Source of the DNA: Bacteroidetes bacterium 4572_114
Lineage (GTDB): Bacteria > Bacteroidota > Bacteroidia > Bacteroidales > 4484-276
Length of the DNA stretch: 45,837 nt
Direction of reading: 5' to 3'
NCBI GenBank assembly: GCA_002254335.1
Contig: NIVA01000005.1
Location: 1-45,837 of the forward strand
Shown piece by piece: positions 1 to 9,990 of this stretch; the first letter of the stretch is position 1; every line of letters begins with the position of its first letter. The notes under the pieces were generated by a model. It was not told the origin of the DNA and did not search any database. It saw only the letters and a program-made list of their open reading frames with translations. Position numbers and translations under genes: made by a program.

Positions 1-407
1 TAGCTGTCGGAAAGGCCGCTGATCATCTCATCATAAGCAGTGAGCAAATCATTCAACTGAACCTCGCCGTTTGTAGCAGCAACCTCAATATTAAAAGAAT
101 CGACAACCAATTCGCCAAAAGGCGTACCGGCATCGCCGTAGGTTTGGTTAGACGCTGCTTCGATATACCACACAGCACTGTCCACTTCAATAGTTTCGCC
201 GCTCTTAAACTGCGGGTTTTCGCGTAGGTGTTCCAATTTGATTTTAAACGCCCTGATCTTGTTTTCGATCCGGATGTCGGCCTTGGATTGGGAGATTTCG
301 GGCGGGGAACCGGTAAGTTCCGTTTGATCTTGTTTTGAACAGGAGACAAAAATTGCGGCAATGATAAACATGCCGGCTATCGGTAATAATAAATATTTGT
401 ACTTCAT
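1..407 (-). CDS. Putative lipoprotein, N-terminal part only (C-terminus lies beyond the left window edge)
   Basis: The frame is open from ATG (complement of 405-407) to position 1. It translates MKYKYLLLPIAGMFIIAAIFVSCSKQDQ..., a signal peptide plus lipobox Cys. It is absent from the ORF track because there is no stop in the window. The track ORF 53..361 is in another frame and looks spurious. Confidence 0.55.
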   Translation of the reverse strand, partial: MKYKYLLLPIAGMFIIAAIFVSCSKQDQTELTGSPPEISQSKADIRIENKIRAFKIKLEHLRENPQFKSGETIEVDSAVWYIEAASNQTYGDAGTPFGELVVDSFNIEVAATNGEVQLNDLLTAYDEMISGLSDS

Positions 408-643
408 TGTAAATTAGTTTTTAATAGAAAAGGTGAAAAAAAGGAAGCTATAAAATCGGTTGTAATTAATAATGGCATGAGGTAGCCGGGATTGTCAGGT
501 GGCCCCCTGCTTTTAGATGGATAGTGGTAGAGAGAGAATGAATCAATGAGTTACGTTGGTTGGCCAAATAAGCGTTGAGGTGTGCCATGGGTAAAAAGGG
601 TTTAAAATTGGTGGGGCAAATATAGATATTTTTTATGATTATG

Positions 644-728
644 GATATTTGTGTTTTGAGTTTTGTTATAGATTTTGATATTTGGATATTGGATTTGTTT
701 TGGATTTTGATATTTGTGCTTTGAGTTT
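644..728. repeat. Direct repeat GATATTTGTG[T/C]TTTGAGTTT (644-664 and 709-728) in T/G-rich intergenic DNA
   Basis: Read directly, 19/20 identical. The reverse complement of 691-718 (CACAAATATCAAAATCCAAAACAAATCC) matches 4108-4135 at 24/28 positions. Confidence 0.5.
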
Positions 729-744
729 ATTTTAGAAGTAAATA

Positions 745-775
745 CTTGCTATTTCTGCACACTTCACTATTTTTG
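745..775 (+). promoter_or_regulatory. Candidate Bacteroidota sigma-A promoter (CTTG -33-like, 19 nt spacer, TATTTTTG -7 box)
   Basis: TAnnTTTG match at 768-775, upstream of the 880 start. Confidence 0.35.
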
Positions 776-879
776 ACGGCTGCAAAAAATGTATAACTAT
801 TTATTTCATACTAAAAACTATTTCAATGATGCAACAAAAACTACAGGGTAACCATACCGGAATCAGGCGATTTGGTGTA

Positions 880-3800
880 ATGAAAATCACAACTTTTTTG
901 ATGACTGCATTGTTCATTTTAGCATCGTTTAATGTTGAAGCCAAAAAAAAGAAAAATGGCGAAGATGAAAAATCCGACACTTTAAAATCCGAGACCTTTT
1001 CGGGATTGAAGTGGCGGGGGATAGGCCCTGCCTTTGCTTCGGGGCGTATTGCCGATTTTGCGGTTAACCCAAACAACCACAGCGAATATTATGTAGCTGT
1101 GGCTTCGGGCCATGTGTGGAAAACCGAAAATAACGGAACCACCTTTAAGCCGATCTTCGATAACCATGGGGCTTATGCGATGGGCTGTATCTCCATCGAC
1201 CCAAACAACCACAACATTGTTTGGCTTGGCACCGGCGAAGATTGGAAAGATCATAATCCACCCAAAATGCTCCGACATTGTTTATGTAGCTGCCGAAGGA
1301 TCGTTGTGGGGTCCCGGTGGCGACCGTGGATTATACAAAACAACCAATGGCGGAAAAACCTGGGAAAAAGTTCTTGAAGTCAGCGAAAATACAGGGATAA
1401 ACGACATGGCGATGGACCCCAGGAACCCGGATGTGATTTATGCTACATCAGAACAACGCCGCCGGAGAAGTTTTACCAAAATTGGCGGCGGCCCCGAATC
1501 GGCCGTTTACAAAACAACTGATGCCGGAAAAACATGGGATAAAATCATGAAAGGACTTCCCAAAGGGGATATCGGTGGGATGGGCATTGCCATTTCTCCT
1601 GCCAATCCCGAATACATTTACCTGATTGTTGAAGCAGCAAATGATAAAGGTGGTTTTTATAGATCGGCCAACCGTGGGGCTTCCTGGAAAAAAATGAGCG
1701 ACCACAGTGCCAGTGGCCAGTATTACAACGAAATATATTGCGACCCGAAATATCCTGACAAAGTTTATTCAATGGAAACCGTTTCCAAAGTAACCGTTGA
1801 CGGAGGAAAAACCTGGAACCGTATCGGGAATAATTCACGCCATGTTGACGACCACGCTTTTTGGGTTGACCCGGATGACACCGACCATTTTATTATAGGT
1901 GGAGATGGCGGGGTGTATGAAACTTTTGATGCCGGCAAAAATTATGTCTTCAAAAGCAATCTGCCCGTTACACAGTTTTACCATGTAAGTGTGGACGACA
2001 CCGAACCTTTCTATTGGGTTTATGGAGGCACACAGGACAACAACAGTATTGGAGGCCCATCGCAAAACATCAGTAACCAGGGCGTTACCAGCGACGAATG
2101 GGTAGTTACACTGGGTGGCGATGGATTTTTCCAGGCCATCGAACCTGGCAATCCTGATATAGTTTATTCTGCTTATCAATACGGCAATATTTTCAGATAC
2201 GATAAAAAATCGGGTGAACGGCTTAAAATAAAACCCGAGCCACGAAAAGATGAATTGACCTACAGATGGAACTGGAACACCCCGTTCATCCTTAGCCCAC
2301 ATTCAAAAACAAGATTGTATATAGGTGCCAATAAAGTTTTCAGGAGTAACGACCGGGGCAACAGTTGGGAGGTGATCAGCAAAGATATTACCCGCAATGA
2401 AGACCGTAACCAGTTTAAGGTAATGGACAAACACTGGCCATCAAATGCAGTGGCAAAAGATGTTTCTACTTCACAGTGGGGGACAATTGTCACTTTAACC
2501 GAATCCCCCCTAAAAGAAGACCTATTATATATAGGTACTGACGATGGCCTGATACAGGTTACCGAAGATGCCGGCAAAAACTGGAGGAAGGTTTCCACTT
2601 TCCCCGGTGTCCCTGAATATACTTATGTTAGCGACATCCTTCCATCACGCTTTGATGAGAACACAGTTTTTGCTTCCTTCGATAATATCAAAAGCGATGA
2701 TTTTAAACCCTACCTCCTGAAAAGTACCGACAAGGGGCAAACATGGTTTTCGATTGCCGGTAACCTGCCCGAAAACGAAACAGTCCATACCATTGTCCAG
2801 GATGCCGTAAACCCTGACCTTTTATTTGTTGGAACGGAGTTTAATGTTTTTTTTACTTTGGATGGAGGGAAAATATGGATTGAACTATCCTCAGGTATCC
2901 CGGATATTGCCATGAAAGACCTGGTTATCCAGGAGCGGGAATCTGATCTTGTGGTTGCCACTTTTGGCCGTGGGTTTTATATCCTTGACGACTACTCACC
3001 ACTCAGACAGCTAAATACCGCAATACTCGATACCACCGATGCCATTTTGTTTCCTGTAAAAGATGCACTGATGTATGTAAAAACAGGAGGGCGATACGGA
3101 CAGGGATCAACCAACTTCTCGGCAAAAAACCCGGAGTTTGGGGCAGTTTTCACCTATTATATTAATGATGTCCCTAAAACACAAAAACAAGAGAGGTTGA
3201 AAAAAGAGAAGAAGCTGTTCAAGGATGGAGAGCTAATCCCACAACCGACAAAAGAAGAAATTGATGCTGAGGAAAAAGAGATTGCACCCTATTTTATTTT
3301 CACTATTACAAATGAAGAGGGCAATGTGGTGAGGAAACTTTATAAGAAAGCGTCAAAGGGTTTGCAAAAAACCAATTGGGACCTTCGCTACCAGGGAAAG
3401 AACCCACCACGTTTGAATAAGGATAAATTCGACCCGGCGAAAGGTGGAAGATCAGGGATGTATGCCATGCCCGGGACATATTTTGTTTCACTTGCAATGG
3501 ATCATAATGGTGAAATCACTGAGTTGGCTGGCCCTGTTGAATTTAAGGCCACACCATTAAATAATACAACCCTGCCTGCAGCCGACAGGGAAGCATTGGT
3601 TGAATACCAAAATAAAGTTACAGAACTATCAAGGACTATGCGGGGCACAGAAAATTACATGGAAGAGCTAATGAAGAAAACAGAACACATCAGGCAAGCC
3701 CTTCACAATACCCCCGGTGCGCCTACCGATCTTGCCCGGCGCGCCAGGAGAGTTAGTGAAGGGTTAATAGCCGTGGAATTCATATTTAATGGAACTGCAG

Positions 3801-4063
3801 CCACAGCCAGTTGGGAGGAGGTGCCCCCTGAAGCTGTCCCATTAAACCACAGGTTAAATACAATTGCATATTCGCATTGGGGATCAACAGCTGCCCCAAC
3901 CCAATCGCAATTGCGGGATTGGGATATTTTGATGGAAGAGTTCCCTCCGGTACTTGAAAAAATCAAAGCGCTGGATGCGGAAATTAATTTGATTGAAATA
4001 GAGATGGAGAAATATGAGGCACCGTGGACACCCGGACGGTTACCTGAGTTAAAAAGAAATTAA
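880..4063 (+). pseudogene. Sortilin/VPS10-like BNR-repeat beta-propeller protein (secreted), disrupted by an internal loss with frame change near 1240
   Basis: Track ORFs 826..1377 and 1112..4063 are two frames of one gene. The N-terminus is MKITTFLMTALFILASFNVEA (signal peptide) followed by ...WRGIGPAFASGR...VWLGTGE. Frame +1 continues IGKIIIHPKCSDIVYVAAEG...YKTTNGGKTW, YKTTDAGKTW, VDGGKTW, EDAGKNW, STDKGQTW (BNR-like motifs). Confidence 0.75.
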
Positions 4064-4101
4064 CCGGGCAAACGTATGAAATAGTATTTGTCTGAATTAC
4101 A

Positions 4102-4286
4102 GAAAATCACAAATACCAAAATCCAAATAAATCACAAACACCAAAATTCAATGACCAAAAAAGAAGACAAACTTATGATAACTATATATTTTATTGATAC
4201 GCAACCGTTGAAACTGCTATTTTGAATTTTGAATTGTTAAAAGTTGTGATTTATTTGTTTTTACTTTTTTGATGTTTGTAATTTTC
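4102..4286. repeat. Long imperfect inverted repeat (MITE-like or large stem-loop)
   Basis: Three colinear arm pairs: 4102-4115 with 4274-4286 (11/13), 4124-4137 with 4244-4257 (14/14), and 4142-4151 with 4222-4231 (10/10). Confidence 0.55.
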
Positions 4287-4318
4287 ATGCATCTGCCCTA
4301 AGAAATTTGATAATATAT

Positions 4319-4349
4319 TTTGCAGGATAAAAACATTTTAATACTTTTG
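4319..4349 (+). promoter_or_regulatory. Bacteroidota-type promoter for rpsU (TTTG, 19 nt spacer, TACTTTTG)
   Basis: TTTG at 4319-4322 and TAnnTTTG at 4342-4349. Confidence 0.5.
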
Positions 4350-4414
4350 CACCCCAATTTTAAAATGAAATACAGTTAATTAAGTGGTAAAATATTTAAA
4401 AAGAGGTATTTAAT

Positions 4415-4609
4415 ATGATTATTGTTCCTGTAAAAGAAGGCGAAAACATCGAAAGAGCGTTGAAGAAGTATAAAAGGAAATTTGAAAAAACCGGTGTTGT
4501 CAAAGAATTAAGACAAAGGCAAAAATACACCAAACCTTCAATAGTAAAACGCGAAGAAAAGCTTAAAGCCATTTATATTCAGCAACTAAGAGACGCAGAG
4601 GATGCCTGA
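4415..4609 (+). CDS. rpsU: 30S ribosomal protein S21
   Basis: 64 aa, MIIVPVKEGENIERALKKYKRKFEKTGV..., typical bS21. Confidence 0.95.
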   Translation: MIIVPVKEGENIERALKKYKRKFEKTGVVKELRQRQKYTKPSIVKREEKLKAIYIQQLRDAEDA

Positions 4610-4655
4610 TAGAAAGTTGCCGTAAAAACATTTAAGTAAATAAAATAGGAAAGGT

Positions 4656-4687
4656 TTTGTTTTGAAAAGATTTTATTACTATCTTTG
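4656..4687 (+). promoter_or_regulatory. Candidate promoter for the recombinase gene (TTTG, 20 nt spacer, TATCTTTG)
   Basis: TTTG at 4656-4659 and TAnnTTTG at 4680-4687. It overlaps the track start at 4685, which argues for the downstream GTG start. Confidence 0.45.
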
Positions 4688-4717
4688 AAGCAAAAGTTTT
4701 CCTATTTTTTTTGTGCA

Positions 4718-5605
4718 GTGAAAGATAGATTTATTAGACACATACGATTCGGAAAAAGATACTCTGGCCATACCCTGAAGGCCTATCAAAATGATTTGGA
4801 TCAATTTGAGGATTATCTGATAAATTCTTATGATGCCGCCTATCTGGAATCGGCAAACCATTTCATGATCCGTTCCTGGCTGGTGTTGCTTCTCGGCCAA
4901 TCCCTGAACACCAAAACAATCAACCGGAAAATCTCAACCTTAAAATCTTTTTACAAATTTTTACTTCGCGAAAACGTTATCCATGAAAACCCGATGCTTA
5001 AAGTTGTGTCGCCAAAAAATGCCAAAACTTTACCATCATTCGTTAAAGAAAAGGACATGGATCGGCTGGTCGGGGAAATAAAGTTTGATCAAAATTTTCA
5101 GGGCTACAGGGATAAACTTATCATACAACTGCTATATTCCACAGGAATACGCCTCTCCGAATTAATAAGCCTTCAGCTAATTGATATTGACCTTGGCACA
5201 ATGTCCATAAAAGTATTGGGCAAGAGAAAAAAAGAGAGGTTAATCCCTGTTTCGAATTATTTAATTGATGTTATCGGAAATTACTTACCTCTGAGAAATA
5301 AATTATTATCCGGATTAAATTCGGATTGCACATATCTTTTTATTACTAACAAAGGCAAACAATCCTACCCAAAACTTGTTTATCGGGTAGTTAACAAATA
5401 CTTATCCTATGTTTCAACAATTCCGAAGAAAAGTCCCCATACCCTGCGGCACAGTTTTGCAACAAGTATGCTAAACAATGGTGCCGACCTTAATGCAATA
5501 AAAGAACTTCTTGGGCATGCCAGCCTAACGGCCACGCAAATTTACACCCACAATACAATCAACAGATTAAAACAAATATATAAACATGCTCATCCACGAG
5601 CTTAA
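4718..5605 (+). CDS. xerC: Tyrosine site-specific recombinase, XerC/XerD family
   Basis: FIRHIRFGKRYSGHTLKAYQNDLDQFEDYL is an N-terminal SAM-like domain. The C-terminus carries HTLRHSFAT...LLGHASLTATQIYTH (R-H-R-Y catalytic signature). The start is set at GTG 4718 because the track start lies inside the -7 box. Confidence 0.85.
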   Translation: MKDRFIRHIRFGKRYSGHTLKAYQNDLDQFEDYLINSYDAAYLESANHFMIRSWLVLLLGQSLNTKTINRKISTLKSFYKFLLRENVIHENPMLKVVSPKNAKTLPSFVKEKDMDRLVGEIKFDQNFQGYRDKLIIQLLYSTGIRLSELISLQLIDIDLGTMSIKVLGKRKKERLIPVSNYLIDVIGNYLPLRNKLLSGLNSDCTYLFITNKGKQSYPKLVYRVVNKYLSYVSTIPKKSPHTLRHSFATSMLNNGADLNAIKELLGHASLTATQIYTHNTINRLKQIYKHAHPRA

Positions 5606-5622
5606 TTTTAGGAGGACAGATT

Positions 5623-5925
5623 ATGCAAATAGACATTCGTTCAATTCATTTTAAAGCAGACAGAAAATTAGAATCCTTTATCAAAGAAAAAGTAGAAAAA
5701 CTTTCGCAGTTTTATGACGGTGTTATCGGAACTGAGGTAGCCCTCAAAGTAGCCAATAATGAAAATTCCGATAACAATAAGGTTACAGAAATCCGGTTGA
5801 ACGTTCGTGGCAATGATCTTTATGCCAAAAAACAAAGTAAATCATTCGAGGAATCGACTGACAGTGCGGTAGAAGCACTAAGGCGCCAGCTTATTAAATA
5901 CAAGGATAAAGTAAGGCGCAACTAA
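5623..5925 (+). CDS. hpf: Ribosome hibernation promoting factor / RaiA family
   Basis: 100 aa, MQIDIRSIHFKADRKLESFIKEKVEKL...EALRRQLIKYKDK, typical short HPF. Confidence 0.9.
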   Translation: MQIDIRSIHFKADRKLESFIKEKVEKLSQFYDGVIGTEVALKVANNENSDNNKVTEIRLNVRGNDLYAKKQSKSFEESTDSAVEALRRQLIKYKDKVRRN

Positions 5926-5952
5926 ACTTTTTCAAATTATTTCAGGAAAAGT

Positions 5953-5983
5953 TTTGTTATATTAAAATACTGTTATACTTTTG
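5953..5983 (+). promoter_or_regulatory. Promoter for the tRNA-tuf transcription unit (TTTG, 19 nt spacer, TACTTTTG)
   Basis: TTTG at 5953-5956 and TAnnTTTG at 5976-5983. Confidence 0.5.
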
Positions 5984-6058
5984 CAGTCCTTTTTGAAAAA
6001 AAAGGGCTGCATTCTGTTTAAAAGAGGCACTAAAGTTCTTTATAAATCATGTTTTCAG

Positions 6059-6131
6059 GCCGATGTAGCTCAGTTGGTAGAGCAGCTGATTTGTAATCAG
6101 CCGGTCGGCGGTTCGAGTCCGTCCATCGGCT
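6059..6131 (+). tRNA. tRNA-Thr (anticodon TGT)
   Basis: Cloverleaf read by hand: acceptor GCCGATG/CATCGGC, anticodon loop TTTGTAA, T-loop TTCGAGT. Confidence 0.9.
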
Positions 6132-6159
6132 CACTGAAATAAATGAAGTAAAAAATTAT

Positions 6160-6241
6160 GGGGGGATACCAGAGCGGTCAAATGGGGCAGACTGTAACTC
6201 TGTTGGCGTAGCCTTCGGAGGTTCGAATCCTCCTCCCCCCA
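6160..6241 (+). tRNA. tRNA-Tyr (anticodon GTA), long variable arm
   Basis: Acceptor GGGGGGA/TCCCCCC, anticodon loop ACTGTAA, T-arm GGAGG-TTCGAAT-CCTCC. Confidence 0.9.
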
Positions 6242-6328
6242 CTTTTTTTTCAGTTCATTTTTTATTGATGAAATATGAATTGTAAGGATTTCCATAAAAC
6301 GAAATCCTTTTTTGTATTTGATCCAAAG

Positions 6329-6401
6329 GCGGGAGTAGCTCATTTGGTAGAGCGATAGCCTTCCAAGCTATAGGTGGCCGGTTCGAGCCCGGTCTCCCGC
6401 T
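6329..6401 (+). tRNA. tRNA-Gly (anticodon TCC)
   Basis: Acceptor GCGGGAG/CTCCCGC, anticodon loop CTTCCAA, T-arm GCCGG-TTCGAGC-CCGGT. Confidence 0.9.
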
Positions 6402-6407
6402 CTTTAA

Positions 6408-6479
6408 GCCGATGTAGCTCAGGGGTAGAGCACTTCCTTGGTAAGGAAGGGGTCATGAGTTCAAATCTCATCATTGGCT
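6408..6479 (+). tRNA. tRNA-Thr (anticodon GGT)
   Basis: Acceptor GCCGATG/CATTGGC (one G-U pair), anticodon loop TTGGTAA, T-arm ATGAG-TTCAAAT-CTCAT. Confidence 0.9.
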
Positions 6480-6528
6480 CAAAACAATATTAAATAACCT
6501 TTTTGTAACACCTAAACAAATAATTAAA

Positions 6529-7716
6529 ATGGCAAAAGAAAAATTTGATCGTTCCAAACCGCACGTAAACATTGGGACAATCGGGCACGTTGACCACGGA
6601 AAGACAACATTAACAGCAGCTATCACCCTGAACTTGCAGGACAAAGGGCTTGCTGAATTTGCATCATTTGATTCTATCGACAATGCCCCTGAAGAAAAAG
6701 AAAGAGGTATTACAATTAATACTGCTCATATTGAATACCAAACTGATAACAGGCACTATGCACACGTTGACTGTCCGGGACACGCTGACTATGTAAAGAA
6801 CATGGTTACTGGTGCTGCCCAAATGGACGGTGCTATCATCGTTGTTGCTGCTACTGACGGACCAATGCCACAAACCCGCGAGCACATCCTTCTTGCACGT
6901 CAGGTAGGTGTACCTAGGCTGGTTGTTTTCATGAACAAGGTTGACCTTGTTGATGACGATGAGTTGCTTGAACTGGTCGATATGGAAATTCGTGACTTGC
7001 TGAGTTTCTACGAATTTGATGGCGATAACACGCCTGTTATCCAGGGATCAGCACTTGGTGCTTTAAATAAAGAGCCACAGTGGGTCGAAAGGGTATTGGA
7101 ACTGATGGAAGCTTGTGATAACTGGATACCTCTGCCCGAACGCGATCAGGACAAACCTTTCCTGATGCCTGTTGAGGACGTTTTCTCAATTACCGGGCGT
7201 GGCACAGTTGCTACCGGGCGTATCGAAACCGGTATAATCCACACTGGCGACCCGGTTGACCTTATCGGTATGGGCGCCGAAAAACTTAAATCAGTTGTTA
7301 CCGGTGTTGAGATGTTCCGTAAAATACTTGATCAGGGACAAGCTGGCGACAATGCCGGGCTGCTCCTTAGGGGCATCGATAAAAATAAAATTACCAGGGG
7401 TATGGTTATTGCGGCCCCAGGATCAGTAACCCCTCACAAACACTTTAAAGCTGAAGTGTATATCCTGAAGAAAGAAGAAGGTGGCCGCCACACTCCATTC
7501 CATAATAAATATCGTCCACAATTCTATTTCAGGACAACTGACGTTACAGGTGAAATCTTTCTCCCCGAAGGGGTAGAAATGGTAATGCCTGGCGATAACC
7601 TGACAATTGAAGTTAAGTTGATCTCTGAGATCGCCATGAGCAAGAACTTACGCTTCGCTATTCGTGAAGGTGGACGTACAGTAGGTGCTGGTCAGGTAAC
7701 CGAAATTCTTGACTAA
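6529..7716 (+). CDS. tuf: Translation elongation factor Tu
   Basis: 395 aa with [18 protein letters not shown] and NKVD motifs. Full length. Confidence 0.98.
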   Translation: MAKEKFDRSKPHVNIGTIGHVDHGKTTLTAAITLNLQDKGLAEFASFDSIDNAPEEKERGITINTAHIEYQTDNRHYAHVDCPGHADYVKNMVTGAAQMDGAIIVVAATDGPMPQTREHILLARQVGVPRLVVFMNKVDLVDDDELLELVDMEIRDLLSFYEFDGDNTPVIQGSALGALNKEPQWVERVLELMEACDNWIPLPERDQDKPFLMPVEDVFSITGRGTVATGRIETGIIHTGDPVDLIGMGAEKLKSVVTGVEMFRKILDQGQAGDNAGLLLRGIDKNKITRGMVIAAPGSVTPHKHFKAEVYILKKEEGGRHTPFHNKYRPQFYFRTTDVTGEIFLPEGVEMVMPGDNLTIEVKLISEIAMSKNLRFAIREGGRTVGAGQVTEILD

Positions 7717-7746
7717 AAAATTTAATAGGTGTTTGGTTATATCAAT

Positions 7747-7790
7747 AAAGGAATCCCGGGGATTTCTCTTCCGGGGTTCCTTTGTTCTTT
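7747..7790 (+). terminator. Rho-independent terminator after tuf
   Basis: 13-bp stem AAAGGAATCCCGG / CCGGGGTTCCTTT (one G-U pair), 11-nt loop, then GTTCTTTT. Confidence 0.6.
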
Positions 7791-7817
7791 TAACCTAAAT
7801 AATAAATAATAACAGAT

Positions 7818-7890
7818 ACGGGTGTAGCTCAGTTGGTAGAGCTCTGGTCTCCAAAACCAGGAGTCGTGGGTTCAAGTCCTACCACCCGTG
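7818..7890 (+). tRNA. tRNA-Trp (anticodon CCA)
   Basis: Acceptor ACGGGTG/CACCCGT, anticodon loop CTCCAAA, T-arm GTGGG-TTCAAGT-CCTAC. Confidence 0.9.
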
Positions 7891-7911
7891 CAAAATTCTA
7901 GACACGAACCA

Positions 7912-8109
7912 ATGGCAAAAATCAAAATAATAGAGTACGCCAAAGAAAGTTACGACGAGCTGTTACACAAAGTTTCCTGGCCAACGTGGAATGATTTACA
8001 AAGTAGTGCAATCGTAGTATCCATAGCTTCACTTATAATCGCATTTGTCGTTTATTTGATGGATTTTGCGTTTAATAAACTACTCCAGGGTTTTTATACC
8101 TGGTTTTAA
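7912..8109 (+). CDS. secE: Preprotein translocase subunit SecE
   Basis: 65 aa from ATG 7912 with a single C-terminal TM helix. It occupies the canonical position between tRNA-Trp and nusG. The track start at 7888 overlaps the tRNA. Confidence 0.85.
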   Translation: MAKIKIIEYAKESYDELLHKVSWPTWNDLQSSAIVVSIASLIIAFVVYLMDFAFNKLLQGFYTWF

Positions 8110-8165
8110 GATTCTGTCTGGTAATTTGATTTATTTTTAATCAACCAAACTAAGGACAAACCGGC

Positions 8166-8708
8166 ATGGGTGAACACGTTAAGAAATGGTATGTTGTAAG
8201 GGCGATAAGCGGGAAAGAAAAAAGGGTGAAGGAGTATATCCAAAGTGAGATAGAACGCCTATCATTACAGGATTACATTTCGCAGGTACTCATCCCAACA
8301 GAAAAAGTTTATCAGGTAAGAAAAGGAAAGAAAATAAGTAAGGAAAGAAATTTCTTTCCGGGCTACATCCTTATCGAAGCTGCCCTTGTGGGTGAAATAA
8401 ACCATATTGTTAAAAGTGTGCCCAATGTATTAGGTTTCCTCGGCACTAAGGGTGAACCAGATCCATTACGCCCGTCTGAAGTAAAAAGGATCCTTGGTAA
8501 AGTAGATGAACTGGCCGAACAAGGTGAAGAGGTAAATGTACCGTTCATTGTAGGCGAAACAGTTACTGTTATCGATGGGCCTTTTAACAGTTTTAGCGGA
8601 ATTATAGAGGAGATTAATGAGGAGAAGAAGAAGTTGAAGGTGATGGTGAAGATTTTTGGCAGAAAAACACCGCTGGAATTGGGGTTTATGCAGGTTGAAA
8701 AAGAGTAG
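8166..8708 (+). CDS. nusG: Transcription termination/antitermination factor NusG
   Basis: 180 aa, [19 protein letters not shown] (NGN domain) and a C-terminal KOW ([21 protein letters not shown]). Confidence 0.95.
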   Translation: MGEHVKKWYVVRAISGKEKRVKEYIQSEIERLSLQDYISQVLIPTEKVYQVRKGKKISKERNFFPGYILIEAALVGEINHIVKSVPNVLGFLGTKGEPDPLRPSEVKRILGKVDELAEQGEEVNVPFIVGETVTVIDGPFNSFSGIIEEINEEKKKLKVMVKIFGRKTPLELGFMQVEKE

Positions 8709-8776
8709 GTCAAGTGTTCCATCAGGAATACAGAATGTTGGTCAAATTCAGAATTAAAATTTAAGTTAAACTTAAA

Positions 8777-9223
8777 ATGGCAAAAGAAGTTAGCGGATTA
8801 ATCAAACTACAAATCAGAGGAGGAGCCGCGAACCCTTCACCCCCTGTAGGGCCTGCATTAGGTGCAAAAGGGGTGAACATCATGGAATTTTGTAAGCAGT
8901 TTAACGGTCGTACCCAGGATCAGGCTGGAAAGCTTCTTCCTGTGATCATTACTGTTTATAAAAATAAATCCTTTGATTTCATAATAAAGTCTCCACCGGT
9001 TGCGGTGCAACTGTTAGAGGCTGCAAAACTAAAGAAAGGTTCACCTGAATCGAACCGAAAAAAAGTAGCTTCGGTCACCTGGGATCAGGTAAGGGGTATT
9101 GCCGAAGGTAAAATGAGCGACTTGAATTGTTTCACTGTCGAGTCTGCCATGATGATGGTGGCCGGAACAGCCAGGAGCATGGGGGTTACGATTAAAGGTG
9201 ATGATCCTTTTAATAATAACTAA
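8777..9223 (+). CDS. rplK: 50S ribosomal protein L11
   Basis: [29 protein letters not shown]..., the canonical uL11 N-terminus. Confidence 0.97.
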   Translation: MAKEVSGLIKLQIRGGAANPSPPVGPALGAKGVNIMEFCKQFNGRTQDQAGKLLPVIITVYKNKSFDFIIKSPPVAVQLLEAAKLKKGSPESNRKKVASVTWDQVRGIAEGKMSDLNCFTVESAMMMVAGTARSMGVTIKGDDPFNNN

Positions 9224-9267
9224 CAGTGTTCAACTAGCATTTATTAAACTGAAAACAGTATTTGCAA

Positions 9268-9963
9268 ATGGGAAAACTGACGAAAAAACGCAAAGAAGCT
9301 CTAGCTAAATTTGATGAAAATGCTACCTATTCTCTGTCGGATGCAATACAAGTAATAAAAGATATTAGCCATACCAAATTTGATTCCTCCATTGATCTGG
9401 ACATTCGCCTGGGTGTTGACCCACGAAAAGCCAATCAAATGGTAAGAGGTTCTGTTACCCTTCCTCATGGAAGTGGTAAAGTGGTAAGGGTACTTGTACT
9501 TTGTTCGCCCGAAAAGGAAGAAGAAGCTAAAGCTGCCGGGGCCGACTATGTTGGCCTCGATGAATATGTTAATAAGATCAAAGGGGGCTGGACTGACATT
9601 GACGTTGTTATTACAACACCTAATGTTATGCCCAAAGTTGGGCCTTTGGGAAGGATACTCGGACCACGAGGTTTGATGCCTAACCCCAAAACCGGCACGG
9701 TAACTATGGATGTAACAAAAGCCATCAACGATGTTAAAGCGGGAAAGATTGATTTTAAAGTGGATAAATCAGGTATCATCCATGCATCTGTTGCAAAAAT
9801 TTCTTTTGACAACAGCAAAATATTGGATAATGCCAGGGAATTGATCCAAAATGTAATCAAACTAAAACCAACTGCAGCAAAAGGCACTTACATAAAAAGC
9901 ATCTATATGTCTAGCACGATGAGTTTTGGCATTCTGATCGACCCTAAATCAGTTAGCTTATAA
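9268..9963 (+). CDS. rplA: 50S ribosomal protein L1
   Basis: [16 protein letters not shown]...[16 protein letters not shown] at 9268 is preferred over the TTG at 9262. Confidence 0.95.
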   Translation: MGKLTKKRKEALAKFDENATYSLSDAIQVIKDISHTKFDSSIDLDIRLGVDPRKANQMVRGSVTLPHGSGKVVRVLVLCSPEKEEEAKAAGADYVGLDEYVNKIKGGWTDIDVVITTPNVMPKVGPLGRILGPRGLMPNPKTGTVTMDVTKAINDVKAGKIDFKVDKSGIIHASVAKISFDNSKILDNARELIQNVIKLKPTAAKGTYIKSIYMSSTMSFGILIDPKSVSL

Positions 9964-9990
9964 AAATCTGATAAAAGAGGAGATTATACA

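Noticed and set aside
53-361. Track ORF, 102 aa, minus strand
   Set aside because: It is basic, Pro/Ser/Lys-rich low complexity with a TTG start. It lies out of frame with a much more convincing lipoprotein ORF (ATG at 407, signal peptide plus lipobox) that covers the same DNA.
826-879. Upstream Met codons as the start of the BNR gene
   Set aside because: MMQQKLQGNHTGIRRFGV precedes a canonical signal peptide beginning at Met 880. The downstream start is more plausible.
1112-1377. Programmed ribosomal frameshift as the explanation for the two overlapping BNR ORFs
   Set aside because: About 30-35 conserved residues, a whole BNR strand, are missing at the junction. This fits a deletion, not recoding, and I saw no slippery heptamer with a downstream structure.
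5983-6011. Hairpin GCAGTCCTTTTT-GAAAAA-AAAAGGGCTGC as the hpf terminator
   Set aside because: It overlaps the -7 box and probable TSS of the tRNA-tuf promoter. Its A/T runs are inside the stem rather than trailing it, so its role is ambiguous and I did not annotate it.
6131-6343. 70-aa minus-strand ORF
   Set aside because: It lies entirely across tRNA-Tyr and the start of tRNA-Gly.
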